From NCBI GenBank assembly GCA_963836185.1, contig CAWIIQ010000002.1, positions 96,001 to 160,000 on the forward strand: a DNA stretch of 64,000 nucleotides, written 5' to 3'. The stretch comes from Candidatus Krumholzibacteriia bacterium. Lineage in GTDB: Bacteria > Krumholzibacteriota > Krumholzibacteriia > Krumholzibacteriales > Krumholzibacteriaceae. The notes below the pieces were generated by a model, which saw nothing but the letters and a program-made list of their open reading frames with translations, made no database searches and had not been told where the DNA came from. This document shows, in pieces, positions 48,360-58,316 of the stretch. Positions within the stretch are counted from its first letter, which is position 1; each line of letters opens with the position of its first letter. The position numbers and the translations under genes were made by a program.

Positions 48360-49633
48360 CAGTCCTCCTCCGCATTCCGGGGCTCGCCCAGTTCGCCTTC
48401 CGTCGCCGCGACTATTACGGCGGCCGAGGCGTCGCCCGTGACATTGACGGATGACCTGAGCATATCGAGTATACGGTCGACTCCGAGTATCAGCGCTATC
48501 CCCTCGAGGGGGACGCCTATCTGCTCGAGCACCATGGCGAGTGTGATCAGTCCTACACCGGGCACGCCTGCCGCGCCGATCGACGCCAGGGTAGCCATCA
48601 GTACTATCGTGATCTGGTCGCCGAACGAGAGGCTTATCCCGTAGACCTGGGCTATAAATACGGCCGCCACCCCCTGGTAGAGGGCCGTCCCGTCCATGTT
48701 GATCGTCGCCCCGAGGGGAAGGACGAAGCTGGCGACCTCATTTGAGACGCCGAGATTATCCTCCGCGCACTCCAGCGAGACGGGGAGAGTGGCGCTGCTC
48801 GAGGAGGTCGAGAAGGCGATCAGCTGTGCCGGGCGTATGCCGCGGAAGAAATCACGCGCCTTCATCCCCGAGAAAAGCCGGACCGCGGTGGAATAGACAA
48901 AGATCATGTGTACGAACAGCCCTGCCGCGACGACGAGGGAATAGCTCAGCAGGGAGAGGAGGATATCGGTGCCGAACTGCCCGACGACTGACGCGATCAG
49001 CGCGAGCACGCCTAGAGGGGCGATCTTCATCACGATGTAGACGAGGCGTATCATCGCCTCGTTGACCGCCTCGAAGAATGTGATCAGCGGTTTTCCCCGG
49101 CCTTGCGGCACGAGTGTCACGGCGATTCCGAATATCAGCGCGAAGAAGATTATCTGGAGCAGGTTCCCTTCCGCCAGGCTTTCGACCGGGTTGAGGGGGA
49201 CGATATCGATCAGTGTGTCTATGACGCCGGGCTTCTCCATCGCTATCTCGATCTTTTCACCGGCCGCTGCTCCGTATGAGCTCAGCAGTCCTTCTCTCGT
49301 CGCTTGGTCGATATTCCTGCCCGGTCCGATCGAGTTGGCCAGAAGCAGGCCTATCGTTATAGCCAGGGCTGTCGTGCAGAGGTAATACCCCATCGTCTTC
49401 AGGCCTATACGGCCCAGCTTGCGGATGTCGCCGAGGCTTGCCGTTCCGACGAAGAGGGAAGAGAAGACGAGGGGCACGACGATCATCCTGATCAATCGTA
49501 TGAACAGCAAGCCTGCCGGCCTGATATACTCCGCCTTCGGCCCGAGGATCAGGCCGAGAGGTATGCCGAGGAGCATCGCGATAAGTATCTTTGTGTGGAG
49601 TTTTGACTCTTTGAGCCACACCAACGGGTTCAT
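48356..49633 (-). CDS. Dicarboxylate/amino acid:cation symporter (GltP/GltT family)
   Basis: AFSTSSSSATLP, GATINMDGT, DRILDMLRSSVNVTGD; ATG at 49633. Confidence 0.95.
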   Translation of the reverse strand: MNPLVWLKESKLHTKILIAMLLGIPLGLILGPKAEYIRPAGLLFIRLIRMIVVPLVFSSLFVGTASLGDIRKLGRIGLKTMGYYLCTTALAITIGLLLANSIGPGRNIDQATREGLLSSYGAAAGEKIEIAMEKPGVIDTLIDIVPLNPVESLAEGNLLQIIFFALIFGIAVTLVPQGRGKPLITFFEAVNEAMIRLVYIVMKIAPLGVLALIASVVGQFGTDILLSLLSYSLVVAAGLFVHMIFVYSTAVRLFSGMKARDFFRGIRPAQLIAFSTSSSSATLPVSLECAEDNLGVSNEVASFVLPLGATINMDGTALYQGVAAVFIAQVYGISLSFGDQITIVLMATLASIGAAGVPGVGLITLAMVLEQIGVPLEGIALILGVDRILDMLRSSVNVTGDASAAVIVAATEGELGEPRNAEEDW

Positions 49634-49739
49634 GGAAGGTCCTCCCGGCAGTCCCGCCTGAATTGCCTTGAATTCCCAGTTAATGTAAGCCAGAATCCAG
49701 TCGATTAAAAGAGTTTTCACCAGCCGGGAGGGACCGCTG

Positions 49740-50468
49740 ATGTTAAAAACGCGGATGGGAAGAGGTGCCGCTGCCGCACTGGTGCTTCTCGCGGCGCTGC
49801 CCTGCGGATGCACTTCCGGCGAGCAGGCATACGCCGAGATGCGCGCGCGGATGGTCCGAGAGGATATCGCCTCGAGAGGGATCTCCGACACGCGGGTCCT
49901 CGAGTCGATGAGGCGCGTGCCGCGCCATCTCTTCGTGCCCGTCCACCTCAGGGATGTCGCGTATATCGACAGCCCCCTCCCGATTGGAGAGGAACAGACT
50001 ATCTCACAGCCATATATCGTCGCGCTTATGACGGAATCGCTCGGTCTGGGCGACAGCGCGAGGGTGCTCGAGATAGGCACAGGATCCGGTTACCAGGCGG
50101 CAGTGCTCTCGGGTATAGCCGATTCGGTCTGGTCGATCGAGATAATCCCGTCGCTCGCCGAAAACGCCGCCGCCCTTCTCGATTCGCTGGGGTATGGGAA
50201 TGTAGCCGTGCGGACAGGAGACGGATATTTCGGCTGGCCGGAGAAGGCGCCGTTCGACGGGATAATCGTGACGGCCGCCGCTCCGGAGCTGCCCCCGAAA
50301 CTGGCGGAGCAGCTCGTCCGTGGCGGAAGGCTGGTTATCCCTGTCGGCAGCAGAAGCCAGGATCTGCTGACATATGTGAAGACGACTTCGGGACTTGAAC
50401 TTCTCTCATCGCTGCCGGTGCGATTCGTGCCGATGACGGGAAAGATAAGGGACGAAAGCGAGGAATGA
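49740..50468 (+). CDS. pcm: Protein-L-isoaspartate O-methyltransferase with N-terminal signal-like peptide
   Basis: VPRHLFV, QTISQPYIVA, VLEIGTGSGYQAA, GDGYFGWPEKAPFD, VRFVPM. Confidence 0.93.
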   Translation: MLKTRMGRGAAAALVLLAALPCGCTSGEQAYAEMRARMVREDIASRGISDTRVLESMRRVPRHLFVPVHLRDVAYIDSPLPIGEEQTISQPYIVALMTESLGLGDSARVLEIGTGSGYQAAVLSGIADSVWSIEIIPSLAENAAALLDSLGYGNVAVRTGDGYFGWPEKAPFDGIIVTAAAPELPPKLAEQLVRGGRLVIPVGSRSQDLLTYVKTTSGLELLSSLPVRFVPMTGKIRDESEE

Positions 50469-51271
50469 CGATGAAGACAACGAAGATATGGCGGATTGCG
50501 ATCGTCCTGCTGGCCGCGGCAACCGCCGGATGCGCCACGTCCGGCATCAACAAGGGCGATATCAACCTGATATCGAGCGGTGAGGAAGTCGCGATGGGGC
50601 AGGAGTTCTCGGCCGAGATCGAGAAAGAGTTCGAGGTATACGACGATACGCAGCTGACCGCGTATGTCCAGTCGGTCGGGGGCAGGGTCGCTGCCATATG
50701 CCACAGGCAGGACATTGAGTACCATTTCGCCGTTATCAGGAGCGACGAGATGAACGCTTTCGCCCTGCCCGGCGGCTACATCTATATCTACACGGGCCTG
50801 ATGAAGGTCCTCGACAACGAGGCGCAGCTTGCCGCGGTGCTCGCGCATGAGATCGGCCACGTGACGGCCCGCCATTCTACGGAGCGGCTCACCGCGATGT
50901 ACGGCGCCCAGATCGCAGTAAGCCTTCTGCTCGGGGATAATCCGCAGGAATACCAGGTGCTGATAGCCAACATCTTCTCCACTACAGGCTTTCTCGCGTA
51001 CAGCCGGGCGAACGAGTACGAGGCCGACAGGCTCGGGACCTCATACACTTCACTGGCGGGATACGACCCGGAGGGTATGGCCGAACTGCTCGGCAAGTTT
51101 GTCGATACGGAGGCGAGGGAGCCCTCGAAGCTCGAACAGTGGCTCTCTACCCATCCGCCCGCCAGGGACAGGATCGGCAAGGTCGACCTGCTGGCCGCCA
51201 GCCTGCCGATGGCCGGGGTCGGCGAGAGAAACGCCGCGGGGTATGCAGAGATGAAGGCGCGTCTCCCGTAG
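50465..51271 (+). CDS. M48 metallopeptidase lipoprotein (BepA/LoiP-like)
   Basis: Lipobox TAGC, NAFALPGG, HEIGH, EYEAD, STHP. Confidence 0.92.
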   Translation: MTMKTTKIWRIAIVLLAAATAGCATSGINKGDINLISSGEEVAMGQEFSAEIEKEFEVYDDTQLTAYVQSVGGRVAAICHRQDIEYHFAVIRSDEMNAFALPGGYIYIYTGLMKVLDNEAQLAAVLAHEIGHVTARHSTERLTAMYGAQIAVSLLLGDNPQEYQVLIANIFSTTGFLAYSRANEYEADRLGTSYTSLAGYDPEGMAELLGKFVDTEAREPSKLEQWLSTHPPARDRIGKVDLLAASLPMAGVGERNAAGYAEMKARLP

Positions 51272-51272
51272 G

Positions 51273-52251
51273 TCACAGCGAGGGATAACGTATCCCGAAT
51301 CTTTTCCCGTAATATATCCGTGTCAGGATGAACACGGCTGCCAGCACCGGTATGTATGCCGGGAACCTGAATCCCGCCGCGAGAGAGTAGGCGAGCGTGG
51401 ATATCTTGGCCGGAAGAAGTATGCCCGTTCCCGGCGATCTTTTCTTCGCCGATACCGACGCGATGATGAAGAAAAGGAGCGATACGCTCGAGCCGTATAA
51501 AGCGGGAGTGTTCCGAGTCAGTACGGACAGTGTGAGCGATCCGGCCATGAGTATCGTCGATATGATCATCCCGGCCCTGCGCCCGAGAACGACACCGCTC
51601 GTCCTGAGCCCGCACTCACGGTCGCCGTCAATATCGGCCAGGGTCGTCGAAAGGTGGACCGCCGCTACGGCGAGAGGGTAGGGGGCAAGGACTCGAGATC
51701 CCCTCGAGAGGCGCGCCGATCGCCGCCCAGCCTGCCAGTGTGTTGAGCATCCCGTTCGCGACCGCGTTCGCCAGCACGTCGAGGACCGGCCTTCTCTTGA
51801 GCCTGAAAGGCTCGAGAGAGTACGCGGCTCCGAGCGCCGCCCCGGCCAGCAGGATGAAGGTGAATCCGCGGGGGAGAAGGATCGCCGCCGCCGCGATAGA
51901 GAGGATGGTGAGTGTTCCCGCCAGCGTCCAGGCCGACTTTGCATCTATCACGCCGTGAGATATCAGAAATAGTTTTCCCGACGCCCTGTCGGCCTCGCGG
52001 TCGGTGATCTGGTTGACGATGTAGGCAGCTCCGACGATCGCGGTGAAAGACGCGATTCCGGCAAGAAGTCGGGTATAGTCGAGAGGAGCGCCGGTGGTCC
52101 TCGACGCGTGCCAGGCTCCGAGCAGGAAGAAGGTCCATACCGGTACGAGGATCATCGGACGGAGGAGGAAGACATAGTCCACCGGAGAGGGCCGCCCGGG
52201 CACCCTCGGCGGAACCCCGCCCGATCCGTCCCGCTCTATTCCCCTGTCCAT
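51273..52251 (-). CDS. UbiA-family prenyltransferase, frameshifted near 51695
   Basis: LLRP, NQITDREAD, YSLEPFRLKRRP, TTLADIDGD..G..T across two frames. Confidence 0.8.
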
Positions 52252-53972
52252 TTTATGAGATGACGTTTCAGCTTGCGCGTCGGCGTCTTGGGAAGTTCCG
52301 AGTCCCTTATCTGGAATTCGTTTATGTGCTTGTAGTCCGGGAGATCGGCGAATATCTGCTTGATCTCGCCCGAGATCACCTCGTGTATCGTCTCTTCGCT
52401 GACAGATCCCTCGCCTCCGTAAGTGGAGACGATCGCGTCATAGTCGGGTACGACGATCGCGCCAGGCCGCGAGTTTCCTTTCCTGTCATCGACCGGCATG
52501 ACGATGCACTCGAGGATCATCCTGCTCGAGCCGAGAAGGGATTCCAGCTCGTCTGGGTAGACGTTCTTTCCGCCCGCCGTTACGATTATCGATTTTTTCC
52601 TGCCGACTATTGTCAGATAGCCGTCCTTGTCGAGGCGCCCGAGGTCACCGGTATAAAGAGACCCGTCCCTCAGCACTTCGGCGGTGGCCTCCGGGTTTTT
52701 GTAGTACTCTTTCATGACATTTCCGCCGCGGACGACGATCTCGCCGATACCCTCGTCATTGGGAGAGTCGATCTCCACGAATACGTTCGGCAGGGCTGGC
52801 CCGACCGTTCCGGGCCGAGGGTCGTCGAAAGGATTGACCGAGACGACAGGAGATGCCTCCGTGAGGCCGTATCCCTGCAGGACCTTGAGTCCGGCGCCCG
52901 TAAGGGCCGCTTCTACGTCCGCTCTCAGGCCTGCCGCGCCGCTGATGCAGAACCGGATATTCTGCAGGCCCGCGGCTGCTCCCGCCGCGGCAGGAGCGGT
53001 CTTTCCGCCGCTGAAGAGTTTCCCTAACCAGCCCTTGATCTTCGCGACCAGTCCCTTCTTTCCGCCGCCGGCCCCCGCACCGCCGCCGAAGAGGAGGGCG
53101 ATATGCTCGAAGAGGAGGGGTACGCCGACGACCAGCGTCACTCCTTCTCTCTGGATGTCCTCGAGGATTATACGAGGTTTGATCGAACGGGCGAATGCTA
53201 TGGTCGCTCCGCGAAAGACTGGTACGAGGAAGTTGACCATCGACGCGAAGGTATGATGCAGCGGAAGTATCGAGAGAAAAACATCGTCATTCGCTATGAA
53301 GACTCCGCTGTGGAGCGATTCTAGATCCGACATCAGGTTGCTCTGAAGAAGGACCGCTCCCTTCGGCCTCCCCGTTGTGCCGGAAGTGTAGCTGACCGCC
53401 GCGATATCGTCCGGGCGGGTCTCCGACTTCCTCTTGAAGAACGAGGCGTCGCCGCTGCTGATCTTGTCCTTGCCTGTGGCCATCACGAGGCCGAGGGTAA
53501 GGGCGCCGGGCGGCACGTCCTCGTCGCCCATCACGATGGTCTTGATGTCGCCGAGGCTCATCTGCTCGATCGATTCTATGAAGACCTTCCTGGAGGCGAC
53601 GATGAACTGCGCCTCGGAATGTATCATCAGGTGGCGGATCTCGTTTTCCTTCATTCTCGGCTCGAGAGGCACGATCACACCGCCGCACGAGGTCACGGCG
53701 GAGTAGACCAGCGTCCATTCCGGGCTGTTCTCGGCGATCAGGATGACTCTGTCACCCTTGTCGAGTCCGGCCTCGACGAGTCCGGCGCCGATAAACGAAA
53801 TGAGCTTCCCGAATTCCTGGTAGGTAATCGACTGGTATCCCCACGGGTGATGCTTCTTGAGCAGGACTGAGGGGCCGAACATGTTGATAGCATAATCGTA
53901 GAGATCTGGAAGTGTCTCGAGCCCGAGCTCATCGAACACGCCCGGACTGATCACGTCATTCTGTATCGACAT
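52236..53972 (-). CDS. Long-chain fatty acid-CoA ligase (AMP-binding)
   Basis: YTSGTTGRPKG, QGYGLTE, TGDLG, GRKK..GKNVYP. Confidence 0.92.
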   Translation of the reverse strand: MSIQNDVISPGVFDELGLETLPDLYDYAINMFGPSVLLKKHHPWGYQSITYQEFGKLISFIGAGLVEAGLDKGDRVILIAENSPEWTLVYSAVTSCGGVIVPLEPRMKENEIRHLMIHSEAQFIVASRKVFIESIEQMSLGDIKTIVMGDEDVPPGALTLGLVMATGKDKISSGDASFFKRKSETRPDDIAAVSYTSGTTGRPKGAVLLQSNLMSDLESLHSGVFIANDDVFLSILPLHHTFASMVNFLVPVFRGATIAFARSIKPRIILEDIQREGVTLVVGVPLLFEHIALLFGGGAGAGGGKKGLVAKIKGWLGKLFSGGKTAPAAAGAAAGLQNIRFCISGAAGLRADVEAALTGAGLKVLQGYGLTEASPVVSVNPFDDPRPGTVGPALPNVFVEIDSPNDEGIGEIVVRGGNVMKEYYKNPEATAEVLRDGSLYTGDLGRLDKDGYLTIVGRKKSIIVTAGGKNVYPDELESLLGSSRMILECIVMPVDDRKGNSRPGAIVVPDYDAIVSTYGGEGSVSEETIHEVISGEIKQIFADLPDYKHINEFQIRDSELPKTPTRKLKRHLIKWTGE

Positions 53973-54085
53973 ACCTGAACCCCCCTGTATATTATCTGCT
54001 CATTCAAGGAACCGGATTCAATCTAGCACCAGTCTGTCACGGCGGGCAATTATTATTAGGACTTTTGCCGCTCGCCGGTTGCAGG

Positions 54086-54382
54086 TCATTCCGGCCCGCC
54101 ATCGAGCTTTTTCCAGAACTGATTGCTCGATGTGAGCCCCCTGACGTTTCTCGACGATTTCATGCGCGTCTTGGCTATACGATCCTTCATATCGGAAAGC
54201 TTGCGTCCGATCTTCGCGTGCAGGGTCCGAATCGGATCCTTGGCCCTGCGGCATTCGTAGAGGGAATATGTGTATTCCCTGGGGAAATGTCTCATCATCT
54301 CGAAGATGAAATCGTGAGATTCGAACTCGTTTTCCATACTGGCCAGAATCGCCTCGAATACGTCGTCTTTCAGCAGATCCAT
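54086..54382 (-). CDS. Small hypothetical protein
   Basis: ~98 aa ORF following the nitroreductase, RBS AAAGGA. Confidence 0.6.
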   Translation of the reverse strand: MDLLKDDVFEAILASMENEFESHDFIFEMMRHFPREYTYSLYECRRAKDPIRTLHAKIGRKLSDMKDRIAKTRMKSSRNVRGLTSSNQFWKKLDGGPE

Positions 54383-54393
54383 CGCGAATCCTT

Positions 54394-54903
54394 TCAGCCC
54401 GCCTGCCATCCTCCTCGATGGACCCGGGACTCGTCATACTGCGTTCGCGCTTTCTTGTCCTCGGCGGGGTGTCCTATGGCGATGAGGCTCAATATCCCGA
54501 TCTTCTCCGGGATGCCGAGGATCGCTCCGATTGCCTCGGTCCGGTCCTCGCGGGGGTGGATCCCGAGCCAGCAGGATCCGAGCCCCAGGGCTGCCGCGGC
54601 GACGAGGATATTCTCAGTCGCGGCGGAACAGTCCTGTATCCAGTAGTCAGGAGAGATGTCGATCTGGCCGCATACGGCTATTGCCGCCGTCGCCTCGAAC
54701 AGCATCTTGCCGTGCGGATGGGCGTCGGCGAGCCTGTCGAGATCTTCCCGCGAGGTCACCGTCACGAAATGCCACGGCTTGAGATTCCGGCTCGACGGCG
54801 CCGACATCCCGGCCTCGAGCAGCCCGGTCATATCGGCGTCACTGACGCGCTCATCGGTGTAGCGGCGGATGCTCCGCCTGGAGAGGATCACATCGATTGA
54901 CAT
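54394..54903 (-). CDS. Nitroreductase family protein
   Basis: RRSIRRY, APSSRNLKPWHF, LGLGSCWLG, IGHP. Confidence 0.92.
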   Translation of the reverse strand: MSIDVILSRRSIRRYTDERVSDADMTGLLEAGMSAPSSRNLKPWHFVTVTSREDLDRLADAHPHGKMLFEATAAIAVCGQIDISPDYWIQDCSAATENILVAAAALGLGSCWLGIHPREDRTEAIGAILGIPEKIGILSLIAIGHPAEDKKARTQYDESRVHRGGWQAG

Positions 54904-54920
54904 ACTGGTCTTCCTTTCGA

Positions 54921-55739
54921 TCACTTATCCGTTATCCCCGCGGTTCTCTGCCTCAACGCCTCGTACATCAGCACGGCCGCCGCGGCTGAGACGTTGAGGG
55001 AATCTGCGATCCCCATCATGGGGATCCTTGTCACGATATCGGGAGAATCGAGCCATATCTCGCCGGCTCCGAGCTCCTCGCTGCCCACCACCAGGGCGCA
55101 GGGTCCCGTAAGGTCCACCGATGTATAAGGAGTCTCGGCATCCGGAGATGAAGTGATGATCTTTATACCCCTCTCCCTGAGCCACCGCGCGGCTTCACCC
55201 GAATCCGCCATCGCCACCGGAACACTGAAGACCGTGCCGAGGCTGGAGCGGATGATGTTCGGGTTATAGAGGTCCGTGCGGGGATCGCTAGCTATCAGGC
55301 CGGTTATGCCGGCAGCGTCGGCTGTCCTGAGCATCGCTCCGAGGTTGCCCGGTTTCTCGACGGCGTCCGCAACGAGATAGAAAGGGTCGTCGACTTGAGG
55401 AAGCGTCGAGAGGGAATGCTCGCGCTGCCTCGCTACAGCGACGATGCTGCTCGAATCTTCCCTGATCGCGATCTTCTCCAGAACGGGCCGGGTTACCTCG
55501 ATCGTCCTGACGCCCCTCTTTCTCATCTCCTGGAGTATATCGCTTTCCTGCCCGCTGCCGACGAGTTCGGAGCAGACGAAAGCCTCCTCGATCTCCACTC
55601 CGCTGCCCAGGGCTCTCGACAACTCACGGGCCCCTTCGATCAGCATAAGTCCGCGGTTGTCCCTGTTGTGTCTCTTGCGGAGTTTCACGACCGATTTGAT
55701 CCGGGTATTCTGGATGCTGGTTATCTTTTTATCGTCCAT
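54921..55739 (-). CDS. TrmH/SpoU-family RNA methyltransferase
   Basis: KPGNLGAMLRTADAAG, GSEELG, IPMMGIADSLNVS. Confidence 0.92.
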   Translation of the reverse strand: MDDKKITSIQNTRIKSVVKLRKRHNRDNRGLMLIEGARELSRALGSGVEIEEAFVCSELVGSGQESDILQEMRKRGVRTIEVTRPVLEKIAIREDSSSIVAVARQREHSLSTLPQVDDPFYLVADAVEKPGNLGAMLRTADAAGITGLIASDPRTDLYNPNIIRSSLGTVFSVPVAMADSGEAARWLRERGIKIITSSPDAETPYTSVDLTGPCALVVGSEELGAGEIWLDSPDIVTRIPMMGIADSLNVSAAAAVLMYEALRQRTAGITDK

Positions 55740-55830
55740 ACTCGTCCTGCGGAGCCGCCAGCCGCCTGTCTGATACATGATCATAGTCAGTGGGGACTCT
55801 CTGGAAGGGATGTTACAGAATATTCTGCGG

Positions 55831-57495
55831 TTATTCAATCCGATAGTCTTCGACCAGCCGCTCGACCCCGCGGTCGAGTTCTTCCCGCGTGAACCAGCGG
55901 CCGCGGGCCATGACGCCGATCTGGTCGCCGATATTGCTGATGTCATCGAGAGGATTCCCGGCGAGCAGCAGAAGATCGGCCCTTCTGCCTTTCTCGATCG
56001 TCCCGAAGTTGCCGTCGCGATCCATCCTGTCGACGATGACTCCGGCGTTTTTTGTCGCCATCTCGAGCAGGTCGTAAGGGGCGAATCCCGCTTCCGCCAG
56101 GATCTCGAACTGGTGGATATAGTGATACCCGGGTATGACTCCCTCGTTGGACACCGCTCCCCCGAGGGTCAGCATTACATCTCCTTCGTGGAGCGCAAGG
56201 GTCAGCTCGGTGAGGAAGGGCATCATCTCGTTCCTTCGCCAGGGCCCCTCGTTCCTGCAGCTTGTCACGTTGCGTCCCTGAGTGCGCCACATCTCGACAA
56301 GTCCGGGCGGGACAAGCCGGTATTCATCTCCATCCAGCACCGTCCCGGTATCCTCGATCAGCCGGCAGATGATCTCCTTCTCGACGATCGTCGATACCGC
56401 GCTTATATCGTTGTCCCTCAGGAGCCTGACAGTCTCGTCCATGATGGTGTAGTCATACGGATACTCTTTTTTCCTCGTTCCCCGCCTGTTCTCATCGCTG
56501 TCGCCGTATCCGAACCAGAAATGAGACTGCAGTTCGCTGACGTGGCCCAGCTCCGCCTGTCCGGATGTCGCGACGGTCTCGAGGGGGACCTGGTCCGGAA
56601 GGTGGCCTGTTACGTAGATGCCGATCCGGTTCGCCTCGTCCACGGCGGAGAGGTATGTCTCTTTATCGATGAAATCGTACATCTTTATGAAATCGTATCC
56701 CGATTCCTTCAGGCTCCGGACCTGAGCCCTGGCCTGGGATCCATTCTCGGCCACGAAGTAATGAGGCATGATCACGTATCGGCCGACGGTCATAAAGGGG
56801 ATCACCCTGAAATGCGAGAGCGCCAGGCCGATCAGGAGCAGGGCGGCAGTCGAACCGGCGAGGACCGGCACCCTGAAGATGCCGCGGATCCTTCTCGCGC
56901 GGCCCCTGCGGGCGTCGACCCTGTCTATCAGTACGAGCAGCAGCCAGACCGATATCCCGATGGCGAGGGGAAAGAGTGTTACGGCTATCCTGAACAGCCG
57001 GACGATCCTGTCCCTGCCGCGCTCCCTTCCGGAGAGCCCCATGAGAACCGGTCCGTTTGTAAGGATCGTGGGGCCCTCGAGAGTCCCGTCCGAAGTACCC
57101 TTGCGCCATTCCAGGTTGAGGCTGGTGCCGTCGAAGGACCTCACCGTCGTGATCCCGTGCGCGAGGTAGAGGAGGAGCTGGCGGGGGTCGGTATCGTGAA
57201 CGTCGAGGTGCGTATGCATGTCGGCCAGGCCGGGAATGAGAAAGGCGCCTGCGCCGTCGATGATGGTCGCTCCGTCAGGGACAGGCGTCGCTGTCGACGG
57301 CCCGATCATGCTGATCAGGCCGTTTTCGACCAGAACGGTATGGTCCTCGAGAAGAAGCTCACCATTCATCGGTATCACGTTGACATTTACGAAGGCGACT
57401 GTCTCGTCGGCGCGGGCGTGTCCCGCCCGGGAGAGAAAAAGAGCCATGGCGATGATCGCCGTGGCCATGGAATATCGGCATCGTACGGCATGCAT
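55831..57495 (-). CDS. Amidohydrolase family protein with internal TM hairpin (copy 1, catalytic Asp missing)
   Basis: PGLADMHTH, GITTVR, KMYD, TGH, GRRADLLLLAGNPL. Confidence 0.85.
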   Translation of the reverse strand: MHAVRCRYSMATAIIAMALFLSRAGHARADETVAFVNVNVIPMNGELLLEDHTVLVENGLISMIGPSTATPVPDGATIIDGAGAFLIPGLADMHTHLDVHDTDPRQLLLYLAHGITTVRSFDGTSLNLEWRKGTSDGTLEGPTILTNGPVLMGLSGRERGRDRIVRLFRIAVTLFPLAIGISVWLLLVLIDRVDARRGRARRIRGIFRVPVLAGSTAALLLIGLALSHFRVIPFMTVGRYVIMPHYFVAENGSQARAQVRSLKESGYDFIKMYDFIDKETYLSAVDEANRIGIYVTGHLPDQVPLETVATSGQAELGHVSELQSHFWFGYGDSDENRRGTRKKEYPYDYTIMDETVRLLRDNDISAVSTIVEKEIICRLIEDTGTVLDGDEYRLVPPGLVEMWRTQGRNVTSCRNEGPWRRNEMMPFLTELTLALHEGDVMLTLGGAVSNEGVIPGYHYIHQFEILAEAGFAPYDLLEMATKNAGVIVDRMDRDGNFGTIEKGRRADLLLLAGNPLDDISNIGDQIGVMARGRWFTREELDRGVERLVEDYRIE

Positions 57496-57585
57496 ATTGC
57501 GTTCTTTCGATCCAGTCTCGCGGATAATTCACTTGAACCCCGCCGCGAGCCGTATTAAAAGGGTATCAGACAAGGGTACGTACTT

Positions 57586-58302
57586 ATGAAGAACGGTTAT
57601 ACATTATTTGTGCCAATTCCGGCGTTCCTGCTTGCGGCGATACTGCTCGCCGGCGGCTCACTGCGGGCGATGGAGGCTGAGATGACCGATAACGGCTCCA
57701 GGACGAACAGGCATGTAGTGCTTCTCGGCGCTTCTATCGGGGAGAAGTGGGATATATCCGCCCTTCCTGAAAGAACGGGCGACAAGGGATTTACATTCGA
57801 GTACGTGGGCAACTACTCCCCGGACAAGAGCGAGCTGCTCGCGGGGATCCTGTCGCGCACCGAAGGAAAGCCCGACGCGATCATCCTCAAGGAGTGCGCG
57901 GCCTATTTCCCCGGCAACGAGGAGAAACTCAAGCCGATGATCAAGGGCTGGGTAGGCGAGTGCCGCGAAGCGGGTGTCGTCCCCGCCCTGGCTACCGTCG
58001 TCCCTGTCGTCTGGTCCTTCCCGCTGAGGATATTCATCTACAACCTGTCGAAGGGTAAATGGGGCTGGCCGAAGGGGACGTTTGCCGCGGTGACCGCATT
58101 CAACGACTGGATCAGGGAATATGCCGCCTCGGAGGGGCTCGTGGTCGTCGATCTCGAGGCCGCCCTGAGAACGAGTGAAACGGACAGGCACCTCAGTGGC
58201 AGGTACGCGATAAGAGACGGGATGCATCTCAACGCGAAGGGGTACGGGCAGCTCGACTCGATGCTCGTGCCGGCAGTCTCCAGGATAGAATTTCCGGATT
58301 AA
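57586..58302 (+). CDS. Exported SGNH/GDSL-like hydrolase
   Basis: Signal peptide; LLGASIG, FNDWIREYA, DGMHLN. Confidence 0.75.
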   Translation: MKNGYTLFVPIPAFLLAAILLAGGSLRAMEAEMTDNGSRTNRHVVLLGASIGEKWDISALPERTGDKGFTFEYVGNYSPDKSELLAGILSRTEGKPDAIILKECAAYFPGNEEKLKPMIKGWVGECREAGVVPALATVVPVVWSFPLRIFIYNLSKGKWGWPKGTFAAVTAFNDWIREYAASEGLVVVDLEAALRTSETDRHLSGRYAIRDGMHLNAKGYGQLDSMLVPAVSRIEFPD

Positions 58303-58316
58303 GTCCGTGCCGGAGC

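Noticed and set aside
49634-50080. N-terminal extension of the 574-aa symporter ORF
   Set aside because: Overlaps pcm antisense; family similarity starts at Met 49633. Track extensions of rhomboid, pmbA, hcpR, trmH and the methyltransferase were trimmed for similar reasons.
55777-57558. 593-aa plus-strand ORF
   Set aside because: Lies antisense to the amidohydrolase and has no motifs; a typical shadow ORF of GC-rich coding DNA.
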